From Bifidobacterium breve (GTDB lineage: Bacteria > Actinomycetota > Actinomycetes > Nanopelagicales > Nanopelagicaceae), in NCBI GenBank assembly GCA_945881945.1, contig CAMCVO010000008.1, positions 24,461 through 64,460 on the forward strand: DNA of 40,000 nt. Direction: 5' to 3'. Of the stretch, positions 9,801 through 17,465 are shown one piece after another. Position numbers and translations under genes: made by a program. The notes below the pieces were generated by a model. The model searched no databases. It had not been told where the DNA came from and saw only the letters and a program-made list of their open reading frames with translations. Numbering within the stretch: the stretch's first letter is position 1; the number at the start of each line of letters is the position of its first letter.

Positions 9801-9976
9801 CGTTTGGAATTCCAATGTTTAAGATCTCTGAACCTGGTGAAATATCGTTAACTCACAATGGCGCAAGTCGAAGAGCATGGATTTCTGTCCAACTTATTGC
9901 ACTGCTAACTGTGATCGTGTTGGCATTACCAGCAGGGCGCAAGCGCCGTGAAATGCCTCTGGAGGAGCTGGTATGA
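6860..9976 (+). CDS. Large membrane protein with N-terminal GT2 glycosyltransferase domain
   Basis: 1038 aa; VTAIVVTHDGVTWLSEVVASL...AVDTGSIDGSV...GGFDPSLELFRDDIDIGWRA, followed by a long polytopic membrane region. Confidence 0.9.
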   Translation: MAEKQSTRAQAQLKDQFVTAIVVTHDGVTWLSEVVASLSSQKHKVDQIIAVDTGSIDGSVKLLTNAGIEVIKKSRRTGFGAAISAAVAKLAPLDDESQQEWLWILHDDCAPDRYALAKLLEAVVARPQVGIAGPKILGWYDRKHILEVGLSITENGTRWTGLEDREHDQGQHDQVKDVLAVSTAGMLIKRSLFEELGGFDPSLELFRDDIDIGWRAHIAGHSVICVGEAILYHAEAAASERRSVDVRDAILHRPLLLDRRNAAFVLLANSSWWILPWVAIQLLFTSIGRSIIYLLAKLPGYAADEIAAVGLLIFKPADLIKSRRYRRSSRVLTARVIKPFIPSRGLQIRSIIERISSSLVSAFKPNRGEGQSIGAKNYSDLGVIDESFDEIQYQSSKSFSKIRSLVRQPLLLGVTLTLFISFLYSRNRYGSLSGGAMAVAPDSASEMIASFVSSWQLVGLGSSQAAPAWIPVIGIASFITAANPQTFIAALFFLTPTLLFILSYRAARKYSLTKQSSAFVAFLYSFSPAVLTAINQGRLGTIVIAILLPGLFTLLEKNQGLSDLTWRKIFSIVLIASLAGTFSPLFLLSWIIFHTVLFFYSYFTSPNWQLFNWREISRNLGDEKYKKRAALIFMPFFVNLPISLSLILNPVAALKEPGLAVESAGPSSIFLFNLGGPGSPPLFLLSPVLLYLVAALISKGQRNAAILSLFSISMAATLSSYFIEGNSSNAERIWSGPLVIFAQLLTLLSFFAITETLIPQLKRSNFGIKHIGLAASAVITVISIISISIWTATTGANSLVRSNQEQVIPAFISDLASTTERPKTLVIRKSPEQLQYFVTRGGDLQIGNADVASKTPSQFHDTIVDLVNGVGGSSSQILGYYGIQYVFMKNPADAGLVRIIDGIGGFTRSSATKDGVVWKVDKAHARVTYQNKVGKFFPISSSDTAATSFVPGEGVILLAEKFDKSWQLLLNGKVMELEQHPFGIPMFKISEPGEISLTHNGASRRAWISVQLIALLTVIVLALPAGRKRREMPLEELV

Positions 9977-11334
9977 AGAAGTATCAATTGAATTTGAGTA
10001 AAATTGATTTAACAAGATTAAGCTATAAGAAAATTACTATTCCGCTAGCATTTTTGATATTGGCCAGTCTTTCATATTATGCGCCAGAGAGAAGCCAGCA
10101 GATAAAGCTAACCTCTTCCTACCCAGCAACTGTTTGTCCGGCAATTGGTGACAAAGTCTCTTCAATTGCAGCTTTAACTAGTTCGAAAATAAACAGAAGA
10201 TTAATTGATGGAACTAGCAAAAGATTAAATCCGGGCAAAAGCAGCGTTATCGTCATCAAAGAAGATGCAATTTTAGTAGAAGGCAATCCGGGCACATCGC
10301 TAACTTTTGCAAACAATAGCTGGAAAGCGGTAGTGCCATGCTCGATTAGCAATGGTGAACAATGGTTTATCGGTGGCTCTGGTGGACTAACTAGCAAATC
10401 ATTTTTGTACATATCAAATAGCGGATTCAGTGAATCTGTTGTAGATATTGAGATTTTTACTCCAAATGGCTTGCTAGAACCAAGAGAGGTTTCAATCGCT
10501 CAAAATTCAACGAAAAAAATAGCAATTGATTCTTTAATTCCTGGCGAAGAAGCAATTGCGGTTGCGATCAAGACCAAATCTGGACGAGTTAGCTCTTACC
10601 TCTTTGATGAGCGAAAAAAAGGCCTTAAGTTGTTGGGCGCTGATTTTGTAGCTCCAGTGGCAATTGCTCGTAAGAGTGTAACCATTCCAGCAATTACTGG
10701 ATTGCTTGATAAGTTAGTTACAAACTCTAACTCAGTTACCCATACTCTTAGATTGCTAGTACCGTCAACAATTGATGCAAGTATTGATGTCACTGTAAAT
10801 TCAAACGATGGTAATTTTATTCCGATTGGTCTTTCACAGCTTGAGGTAAAAAGTCAGCGAGTGGTAAGCATTCCACTAACTTTTGCTCCAACTAGCCAAC
10901 CGTTCTCTGTAATAGTTGAATCAGATCAGCCTATTTTTGCCTCGGTGTTATCCAATTTTATCTTCAATAAAAGTGCTGAGATTGCGTGGGCCACCGGTGC
11001 AGATGAGTTAAAAAAATGGAGTGTGAATTTAACTGGGTCAAGACCAATTTTGAATTTTGTAGGCGAGCGAATTGATGTACAAATAAGTGCTACTGGCATC
11101 AATGGCAAAAAGATTACAAATAAAGTAACTGGGACAAATTTTGTGACTTGGCGTGCACCTACTGGATTAAATCGACTTGAGGTTACTGCAAGTAAAGGAG
11201 GAATTAGTGGGGGAGTTATATTCTTACCAGAGGTAGGAAAAATTGGTACTAGCTACCTACCGATGAACAATGGAGCTAATTTAGAAACTGCTTCTGAGCC
11301 AATATCTGATGCTCGAGTGATTAGTAGAGGCTAA
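9973..11334 (+). CDS. DUF5719 family protein
   Basis: 453 aa, one N-terminal TM helix and extracytoplasmic beta-rich sequence; same position (GT2-DUF5719-DUF3499) as in other actinobacteria; ATGA overlap. Confidence 0.75.
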   Translation: MKKYQLNLSKIDLTRLSYKKITIPLAFLILASLSYYAPERSQQIKLTSSYPATVCPAIGDKVSSIAALTSSKINRRLIDGTSKRLNPGKSSVIVIKEDAILVEGNPGTSLTFANNSWKAVVPCSISNGEQWFIGGSGGLTSKSFLYISNSGFSESVVDIEIFTPNGLLEPREVSIAQNSTKKIAIDSLIPGEEAIAVAIKTKSGRVSSYLFDERKKGLKLLGADFVAPVAIARKSVTIPAITGLLDKLVTNSNSVTHTLRLLVPSTIDASIDVTVNSNDGNFIPIGLSQLEVKSQRVVSIPLTFAPTSQPFSVIVESDQPIFASVLSNFIFNKSAEIAWATGADELKKWSVNLTGSRPILNFVGERIDVQISATGINGKKITNKVTGTNFVTWRAPTGLNRLEVTASKGGISGGVIFLPEVGKIGTSYLPMNNGANLETASEPISDARVISRG

Positions 11335-11373
11335 ATCCCAACTTTTCCACCCAAGTCGTATTAACCTGCTTAC

Positions 11374-11724
11374 ATGCGAAGAAGTGGAAGTCGCCGATGC
11401 TCTCGAGCTAGTTGTACTAGCGCTGCCATTAAAACCCTCACTTACATATATTCAGATTCAACTGCAGTTCTTGGTCCGCTCTCAACTTATGCAGAGCCAC
11501 ATAATTACGATCTATGTGCAGAACATAGTGAGCGATTAACAGTTCCGGTTGGTTGGAATGTAATAAAAGAAGAGATTGTTGTTCAAAATACTGGTCCGTC
11601 AGATGAAGATTTAATGGCTATTGCCGATGCAGTACGTGAGGTAGCAGGTTCAGATTTAGCAAGCAAAAGTATGCAGCCAGAACTTGGCCGCCGAGGCCAT
11701 CTTCGGGTATTGCCCTCAAATTAA
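11374..11724 (+). CDS. DUF3499 family protein
   Basis: MRRSGSRRCSRASCTSAAIKTLTYIYSDSTAVLGPLSTYAEPHNYDLCAEHSERLTVPVGW. Confidence 0.88.
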   Translation: MRRSGSRRCSRASCTSAAIKTLTYIYSDSTAVLGPLSTYAEPHNYDLCAEHSERLTVPVGWNVIKEEIVVQNTGPSDEDLMAIADAVREVAGSDLASKSMQPELGRRGHLRVLPSN

Positions 11725-11763
11725 TTTTTAAATTCTATCGTCAACCCCTAAGTTAAGGGCATT

Positions 11764-13110
11764 ATGCTTGAGAAAATAATTAAGGCCTACGACATAAGAG
11801 GCTTAGTAAAAAACGAGGTAACGCCAGACTTCTCATTTTCCTTAGGAATTGCCTTTGCAAAGTTTCTTGAGACTGAACGTGAACCAGCCACAATAGTGGT
11901 GGGTGAAGATATGCGATTATCCTCAGCCCCATTGGCTGATGCATTTTCAGATGGTGCAACCAGTCAAGGGATGGATGTAATAAGAATCGGTTTAGCTTCA
12001 ACTGACATGCTTTATTTTGCCTCTGGCAAATTGAATTTACCTGGAGTGATGTTTACGGCAAGTCATAATCCAGCCAAATATAATGGGATGAAACTTTGCA
12101 AAAGTGGTGCGCGACCAATTGGTCAAGAATCTGGATTGGTGAAAATCCGTAAGTTAATTGAAGAGGGGGTACCGATCTCTAATCGCCCGGTAGGCAGTGT
12201 TAGAAAACAAGATCTACTTAATGACTATGTTGATTATTTAATAGCAAGATTTCCAAGAAATACCTTTAAAAAGCGAAAATTAAAAGTAGTAATCGATGCC
12301 GGTAACGGGATGGCCGGCTTTACTGCGCCAGCTGTTATGCAGCGGTTAAATGTTGATTTAACTCCTATGTACTTTGAATTAGATGGAGATTTTCCAAACC
12401 ATGAGGCAAATCCAATCGAACCAGAGAATTTAAAAGCTTTACAGAAAAAAGTGAAAAAAGAAAAAGCAGATATTGGCTTAGCCTTTGATGGTGATGCTGA
12501 CAGGTGTTTTTTAATTGATGAAAACGGTGATTTAGTAAATCCCTCAGCGCTGACTTGTTTGATTGCAGCTCGGGAATTAAAAGCGAATCCTGGTTCAACG
12601 ATTATCTACAATCTAATATCTTCTAAGGCAGTATCAGAAGTCATCACAGAAAAAGGTGGGAATGCTTTGCGCAGCAGGGTTGGTCATTCATATATAAAAA
12701 CTTTAATGGCTGAGTCTGGCGCGGTATTTGGAGGGGAACACTCTGGTCATTTTTATTTTGAAGATTTCTGGGGAGCAGATTCTGGTATGTTGGCAGCTCT
12801 TTATGCTTTGGCTGAGTTGATGGCAACCCCTAAGTCACTTTCAACTTTGTTAGAACCTTATATTCGATACGTTTCTAGTGGTGAGATAAATAGTAAGGTT
12901 AAAGATGCCAATAAATCTATCCAATTAGTTAAAGATAAATATCAAGATAATTACCAAATCGATGAGTTAGATGGTTTAACAGTTACTGCCGAAAATTGGT
13001 GGTTCAATCTTCGGGCGTCAAATACTGAGCCATTACTTAGGCTAAATGTTGAGGCCGATACGCAAAAGCAGATGGCAGAGATTAGGGACACAGTTCTTAA
13101 CCTTATTTAA
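11764..13110 (+). CDS. manB: Phosphomannomutase/phosphoglucomutase
   Basis: KAYDIRGLV, VMFTASHNPAKYNGMKLC, LAFDGDADRCFLIDE, GGEHSGHFYF. Confidence 0.95.
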   Translation: MLEKIIKAYDIRGLVKNEVTPDFSFSLGIAFAKFLETEREPATIVVGEDMRLSSAPLADAFSDGATSQGMDVIRIGLASTDMLYFASGKLNLPGVMFTASHNPAKYNGMKLCKSGARPIGQESGLVKIRKLIEEGVPISNRPVGSVRKQDLLNDYVDYLIARFPRNTFKKRKLKVVIDAGNGMAGFTAPAVMQRLNVDLTPMYFELDGDFPNHEANPIEPENLKALQKKVKKEKADIGLAFDGDADRCFLIDENGDLVNPSALTCLIAARELKANPGSTIIYNLISSKAVSEVITEKGGNALRSRVGHSYIKTLMAESGAVFGGEHSGHFYFEDFWGADSGMLAALYALAELMATPKSLSTLLEPYIRYVSSGEINSKVKDANKSIQLVKDKYQDNYQIDELDGLTVTAENWWFNLRASNTEPLLRLNVEADTQKQMAEIRDTVLNLI

Positions 13111-13201
13111 AGGTGATAAATCATTTGAGACAGGGTATCTTTGCCTTATAGCCAATCGATGCAGAGTATTGATTAATTAGCTTAAATAATTAGGAGATTA
13201 A

Positions 13202-14479
13202 ATGAGCACCACAACGGCCATTAAAAATGACATTGCCGATTCAAAATTAGCCGCAGAGGGTAAAAAGCGGATTGAGTGGGCGGCCCGCAATATGCCAGTT
13301 CTGGCACAAATAAAAGAAAGATTTGCTAAAGAGAAACCGTTTACCGGCGTACGGATTGCTGCTTGTATGCATGTAACAACTGAAACTGCGAATTTGATGT
13401 TGGCATTAAAAGCTGGTGGTGCTGACTTAGCTCTATGTGCTTCAAATCCTCTTTCAACTCAGGATGACACAGCTGCGGCATTAGTCCATGAGTATGGAAT
13501 TTCAGTCTTTGCAAGAAATGCAGTTGATCGTGATGGTTACTACGGACATTTAAACTCTGCACTAGACATAAAACCACAATTAGTATTTGATGATGGTTGC
13601 GATTTAGTTAACGTTTTACACACCACTCGCACCGAGTTAATTGATGGCGTAATGGCAGGTTGCGAGGAGACGACAACCGGGGTTATTCGTCTTAGCCAAA
13701 TGGCTAAAGATGGCGCACTTAAGTTTCCTATGATTGCAGTAAATGACACTGACACCAAGCATATGTTTGATAATCGTTATGGAACTGGTCAATCGACATT
13801 TGATGCGATATTTCGTGCAACTAATACGCTAGTCGCAGGAAAGATAGTGGTAGTCGCTGGATTTGGATACTGTGGTAAAGGAGTTGCTGAGCGCGCAAAA
13901 GGTATGGGCGCCGAGGTTATTGTTACTGAAATTGATCCAACTAAAGCATTAGATGCATTGATGCAAGGATTCAGGGTCATGCCAATGACTGAGGCTGCTG
14001 CAATTGGCGACCTATTTATCACGGTGACTGGTAACCGTGATGTGCTACGCGATGAGCACTTCAACCAGATGAAAGATGGTGCGATATTGGCCAACTCAGG
14101 CCACTTTGATATTGAGATTGATGTGGCATGGTTAGAAAAAAATGCAAAGCAGAAAAATTCCAAGATGCGTCATCAAACAGATGAGTATGTGTTGACTGAT
14201 GGGCGTCGAATCTTGCTAATTGCAGAGGGCAGACTTGCAAATCTTGGTGCTGCTGAAGGTCACCCAGCCTCTGTAATGGATATGTCTTTCTCAGATCAAG
14301 CGTTAACAGCAGAGTGGTTGCTAAAGGCAGGAAAAGATCTGCCAGCTGGATTGCATAATGTTCCAATTTCAATTGATAAAGATGTCGCCCGGATGAAACT
14401 TGCAAGCATGGGGTCGGCTTTAGATGTATTAACTCCCGCTCAGGAGCTTTATTTGAACTCCTGGGAACACGGTTCCTAA
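13202..14479 (+). CDS. ahcY: Adenosylhomocysteinase, short (archaeal/Thermotoga-like) form
   Basis: ACMHVTTETANLMLALKAGGADLALCASNPLSTQDD, GCEETTTGVIRL, VVVAGFGYCGKGVAERAKGMGAEVIVTEIDP; 425 aa. Confidence 0.95.
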   Translation: MSTTTAIKNDIADSKLAAEGKKRIEWAARNMPVLAQIKERFAKEKPFTGVRIAACMHVTTETANLMLALKAGGADLALCASNPLSTQDDTAAALVHEYGISVFARNAVDRDGYYGHLNSALDIKPQLVFDDGCDLVNVLHTTRTELIDGVMAGCEETTTGVIRLSQMAKDGALKFPMIAVNDTDTKHMFDNRYGTGQSTFDAIFRATNTLVAGKIVVVAGFGYCGKGVAERAKGMGAEVIVTEIDPTKALDALMQGFRVMPMTEAAAIGDLFITVTGNRDVLRDEHFNQMKDGAILANSGHFDIEIDVAWLEKNAKQKNSKMRHQTDEYVLTDGRRILLIAEGRLANLGAAEGHPASVMDMSFSDQALTAEWLLKAGKDLPAGLHNVPISIDKDVARMKLASMGSALDVLTPAQELYLNSWEHGS

Positions 14480-15154
14480 ATGCCATTAGTCATGGTTGTT
14501 GATGACGACCAAGACTTAGCCGAGATGCTTAGCATCGTTTTGACTGGTGTTGGCATGGAGGTTGAATTAGTAAATCGTGGTGATCAAGTTATGGGGTTAT
14601 TTAATGCAAAAAATCCTGATTTAGTTTTATTAGATGTAATGTTGCCCGGCATTGATGGCATTGAGGTTTGCAAAATTATCAGAGAAAAATCAATGGTTCC
14701 AATTGTGATGCTTACCGCAAAAGGTGATACCCATGATGTGGTTTTAGGGCTTGAAGCCGGTGCGGATGATTACATGATTAAGCCATTTAAACCTCAGGAG
14801 TTAGTTGCAAGGATCAATACAAGACTAAGGCGAGTGGCAAAAGTAGGGACTCTAGGAGTATGCGATTTAATTATTGATCAGATGGAGCATAAAGTATTAA
14901 AGAATGGCAAGGAAATTGCTTTGACCAGATTAGAGTTTGATTTACTAGCAGCGCTAGCAAAAGAGCCTGGTCGAGTTTTTACTCGCGAAGCATTATTGAA
15001 TGAGGTATGGGGATATCAGCATGCAGCTGATACCAGATTAGTTAATGTTCATGTACAGCGTTTGCGCTCCAAAATTGAGAGTGATGTCGATAATCCTGAA
15101 TATGTATTAACCGTGCGAGGTGTTGGGTATAAGGCGGGGGCGGCTAAGGTTTAG
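14480..15154 (+). CDS. mtrA: Response regulator MtrA (OmpR family)
   Basis: VMVVDDDQDLAEML...LLDVMLPGIDGIEVC...GADDYMIKPFKPQELVAR plus winged-helix output domain; followed directly by a histidine kinase. Confidence 0.95.
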   Translation: MPLVMVVDDDQDLAEMLSIVLTGVGMEVELVNRGDQVMGLFNAKNPDLVLLDVMLPGIDGIEVCKIIREKSMVPIVMLTAKGDTHDVVLGLEAGADDYMIKPFKPQELVARINTRLRRVAKVGTLGVCDLIIDQMEHKVLKNGKEIALTRLEFDLLAALAKEPGRVFTREALLNEVWGYQHAADTRLVNVHVQRLRSKIESDVDNPEYVLTVRGVGYKAGAAKV

Positions 15155-15156
15155 CC

Positions 15157-16713
15157 ATGCTCCAAGGCAAATTCAAGATTAGAAAATCCCTCAGTCTTAA
15201 AGTACTGCTTTCTAGTATTGGGTTTGCGATGCTAATTACAACATTAATTGGACTTTCGGTTCATAATCGCGTTGCTGCAACCATCATTAATGAAAAAATT
15301 GCAATCTCGAAAGTCGAAACCTCAAGATCGATTAATCTGGCTCAGAGTAATTTCAACATTGCAAGATTCAGAAATAATGCTGGCTTAAACCAAGTTGTTA
15401 AAGATTTTATCTCTTCTAGCCGTGAAGATGGACTCCTTTCAGGCCGAGAAACTGTTCTCTTACCTTATGCAAAAGATGCAAATCAACAGAGTATTTATCA
15501 AACAATCCCAGCACTTCTTTTACTTGAAACAATTTCAGAAGATTTTCGACAAGAAGTAAGGCAATCTGAAGAAGTTGTTGATCAAAGAGTTGTGATCAGA
15601 TATGAAGATGGTACTGAGTACCCTGGATTTTTGATTGGTGGCATATTAGATATTCCTCGCACGGGGCAATATGAAATTTATTATCTTTTTAATCTAGATG
15701 CACAGTATGAAAGTATTGCCGTTATAACTTGGACGTTACTAGGTGCTGGCGTGCTCTTAGTAATGCTGATTGGTTTGAGCACTCAATTTGTCATTCGCCA
15801 AGTTGTTTCTCCAGTACAACAAGCAGCCGCAGTTGCAGAGAAATTTACACAGGGTGACTTGACCAGCCGTATGTCAGTGTCAAGTGACGATGAACTGGCC
15901 AGTTTAGGAAGATCATTTAATGAAATGGCAGTTGCAATTCAACAGCAAATCGCCAGATTAGAAAACCTTTCCATGCTGCAACAGAGATTTGTTTCAGATG
16001 TTTCACATGAGTTAAGAACTCCGCTAACAACCTTGCGCATGGCAGCTGAGGTTATATATCAACAGAAAGAAGTTTTTGAGCCAAACATATCCAGAAGTAG
16101 TGAGTTGTTAATAAATCAAATAGATCGTTTTGAACTGCTCCTCTCTGATCTACTTGAAGTTAGTAGATTTGATGCTGAAGCAGCATCATTAGGAGTTGTT
16201 ACTTTTGACCTTGTCCAGTTATTGCAAAAAACTGTTGAATATTTACACCCAAGTAAATCAGCACTATTTGAGATTGATTCACCAGATAAACCAATCCAGA
16301 TTGAAGGCGATCCAAGGCGAATTGAAAGAATTCTCCGTAATCTAATTTCAAATGCAGTAGATCATGGTGAAGGTAAAAAAGTAAAGGTTCAACTTAAAGA
16401 AAGTGAAAATGAAGTTGCTGTGGGAGTTCGAGATTATGGCTTAGGATTTAAAGAGGAGGATGGACCATATTTGTTTGATCGATTTTGGCGAGCAGACCCA
16501 TCAAGAGCCAGAACTAGTGGTGGTACAGGGCTTGGACTTTCGATCGCTTTAGAAGATGCAAAACTTCATCAAGGTCAATTATTGGCTTGGGGAAAACCTC
16601 TACAGGGTGCTCACTTTGTATTAACGCTGCCAAAGCTACACGGTAACTCAGTGCAGTTATTTCCGATTGCATTAACGCCAGAGGATGCTTTATCAACATC
16701 AACAAAAAGTTAA
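15157..16713 (+). CDS. mtrB: Sensor histidine kinase MtrB
   Basis: TM segments, HAMP-like region, FVSDVSHELRTPLTTLRMAAEV, NLISNAVDHGEGK, GTGLGLSIA. Confidence 0.95.
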   Translation: MLQGKFKIRKSLSLKVLLSSIGFAMLITTLIGLSVHNRVAATIINEKIAISKVETSRSINLAQSNFNIARFRNNAGLNQVVKDFISSSREDGLLSGRETVLLPYAKDANQQSIYQTIPALLLLETISEDFRQEVRQSEEVVDQRVVIRYEDGTEYPGFLIGGILDIPRTGQYEIYYLFNLDAQYESIAVITWTLLGAGVLLVMLIGLSTQFVIRQVVSPVQQAAAVAEKFTQGDLTSRMSVSSDDELASLGRSFNEMAVAIQQQIARLENLSMLQQRFVSDVSHELRTPLTTLRMAAEVIYQQKEVFEPNISRSSELLINQIDRFELLLSDLLEVSRFDAEAASLGVVTFDLVQLLQKTVEYLHPSKSALFEIDSPDKPIQIEGDPRRIERILRNLISNAVDHGEGKKVKVQLKESENEVAVGVRDYGLGFKEEDGPYLFDRFWRADPSRARTSGGTGLGLSIALEDAKLHQGQLLAWGKPLQGAHFVLTLPKLHGNSVQLFPIALTPEDALSTSTKS

Positions 16714-16747
16714 CAATTATCATCTTCAATCCTGCTATAAATGCAAG

Positions 16748-17419
16748 GTGATTGCTTCTTTAAAATCTTTAAAGGAGTTACTTTTTCCAATTTCTTGTAT
16801 CAGTTGCGCAGCCCCTGATTATTGGCTTTGCAGTCTTTGCCAGAAAGAATGGAAAGTGAGTACTAAAAAAAGTTATATTGGCAGAAGTCCTTTGTACTAT
16901 AAGACAGGCTATAGTAATAAAACAGCTGCAGTCATATTATCGGCAAAAGAAAATAATAATCTTGCTGCAGTTAATTTACTCGCTGAGAGTATTTCGCAAT
17001 CAATTCTCTATGCAATCGAGGATTTAGAGATTAAGGGTGATATTTCTCTAGTAACGATCCCATCTTCACCTTCTGCAATTAGAAGACGTGGTCGAAATCA
17101 TATCCAAGTGCTTGCAGTTGAGGTTCAAAAATATCTTGGAGCAAAAGCTGTTACATCGAATATTCTCACCATACTGACTCAAAGAAAAAATACAAAAGAT
17201 CAGAGCGGATTAAACAGCAGGCAGCGAATTGAAAATACCTATGAAATGTTCAGGGCTACTTCCTGTGAGAATTCTCAAGGGGCAATTTTTCTCATTGACG
17301 ATCTAGTGACCACGGGTGCATCAATCATGGAGGGCATTCGGGCTCTTTTTGAAGCCAAAATCACGGTCACTGCATCGATTACAGCGTGTGCAGTCGGACG
17401 AAATTCTCTAATACCATAA
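16748..17419 (+). CDS. comFC: ComF-family phosphoribosyltransferase-like protein
   Basis: PISCISCAAPDYWLCSLCQ four-Cys motif and IFLIDDLVTTGASIMEG PRPP motif. The ORF track starts at 16685 inside mtrB; GTG 16748 is more plausible. Confidence 0.85.
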   Translation: MIASLKSLKELLFPISCISCAAPDYWLCSLCQKEWKVSTKKSYIGRSPLYYKTGYSNKTAAVILSAKENNNLAAVNLLAESISQSILYAIEDLEIKGDISLVTIPSSPSAIRRRGRNHIQVLAVEVQKYLGAKAVTSNILTILTQRKNTKDQSGLNSRQRIENTYEMFRATSCENSQGAIFLIDDLVTTGASIMEGIRALFEAKITVTASITACAVGRNSLIP

Positions 17420-17465
17420 GCCCCTGAGTATCTTTAATTATTCAAGAGTTTAGCGGAGGATCTTT

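Noticed and set aside
13111-13201. SAH or SAM riboswitch upstream of ahcY
   Set aside because: The spacer is only about 90 nt and AT-rich; no conserved riboswitch core was recognised by eye.
13341-14486. Several antisense ORFs (78, 72, 124, 141 aa) over ahcY
   Set aside because: Low-complexity His/Leu/Gln/Ser-rich translations typical of antisense frames; ahcY is unambiguous.
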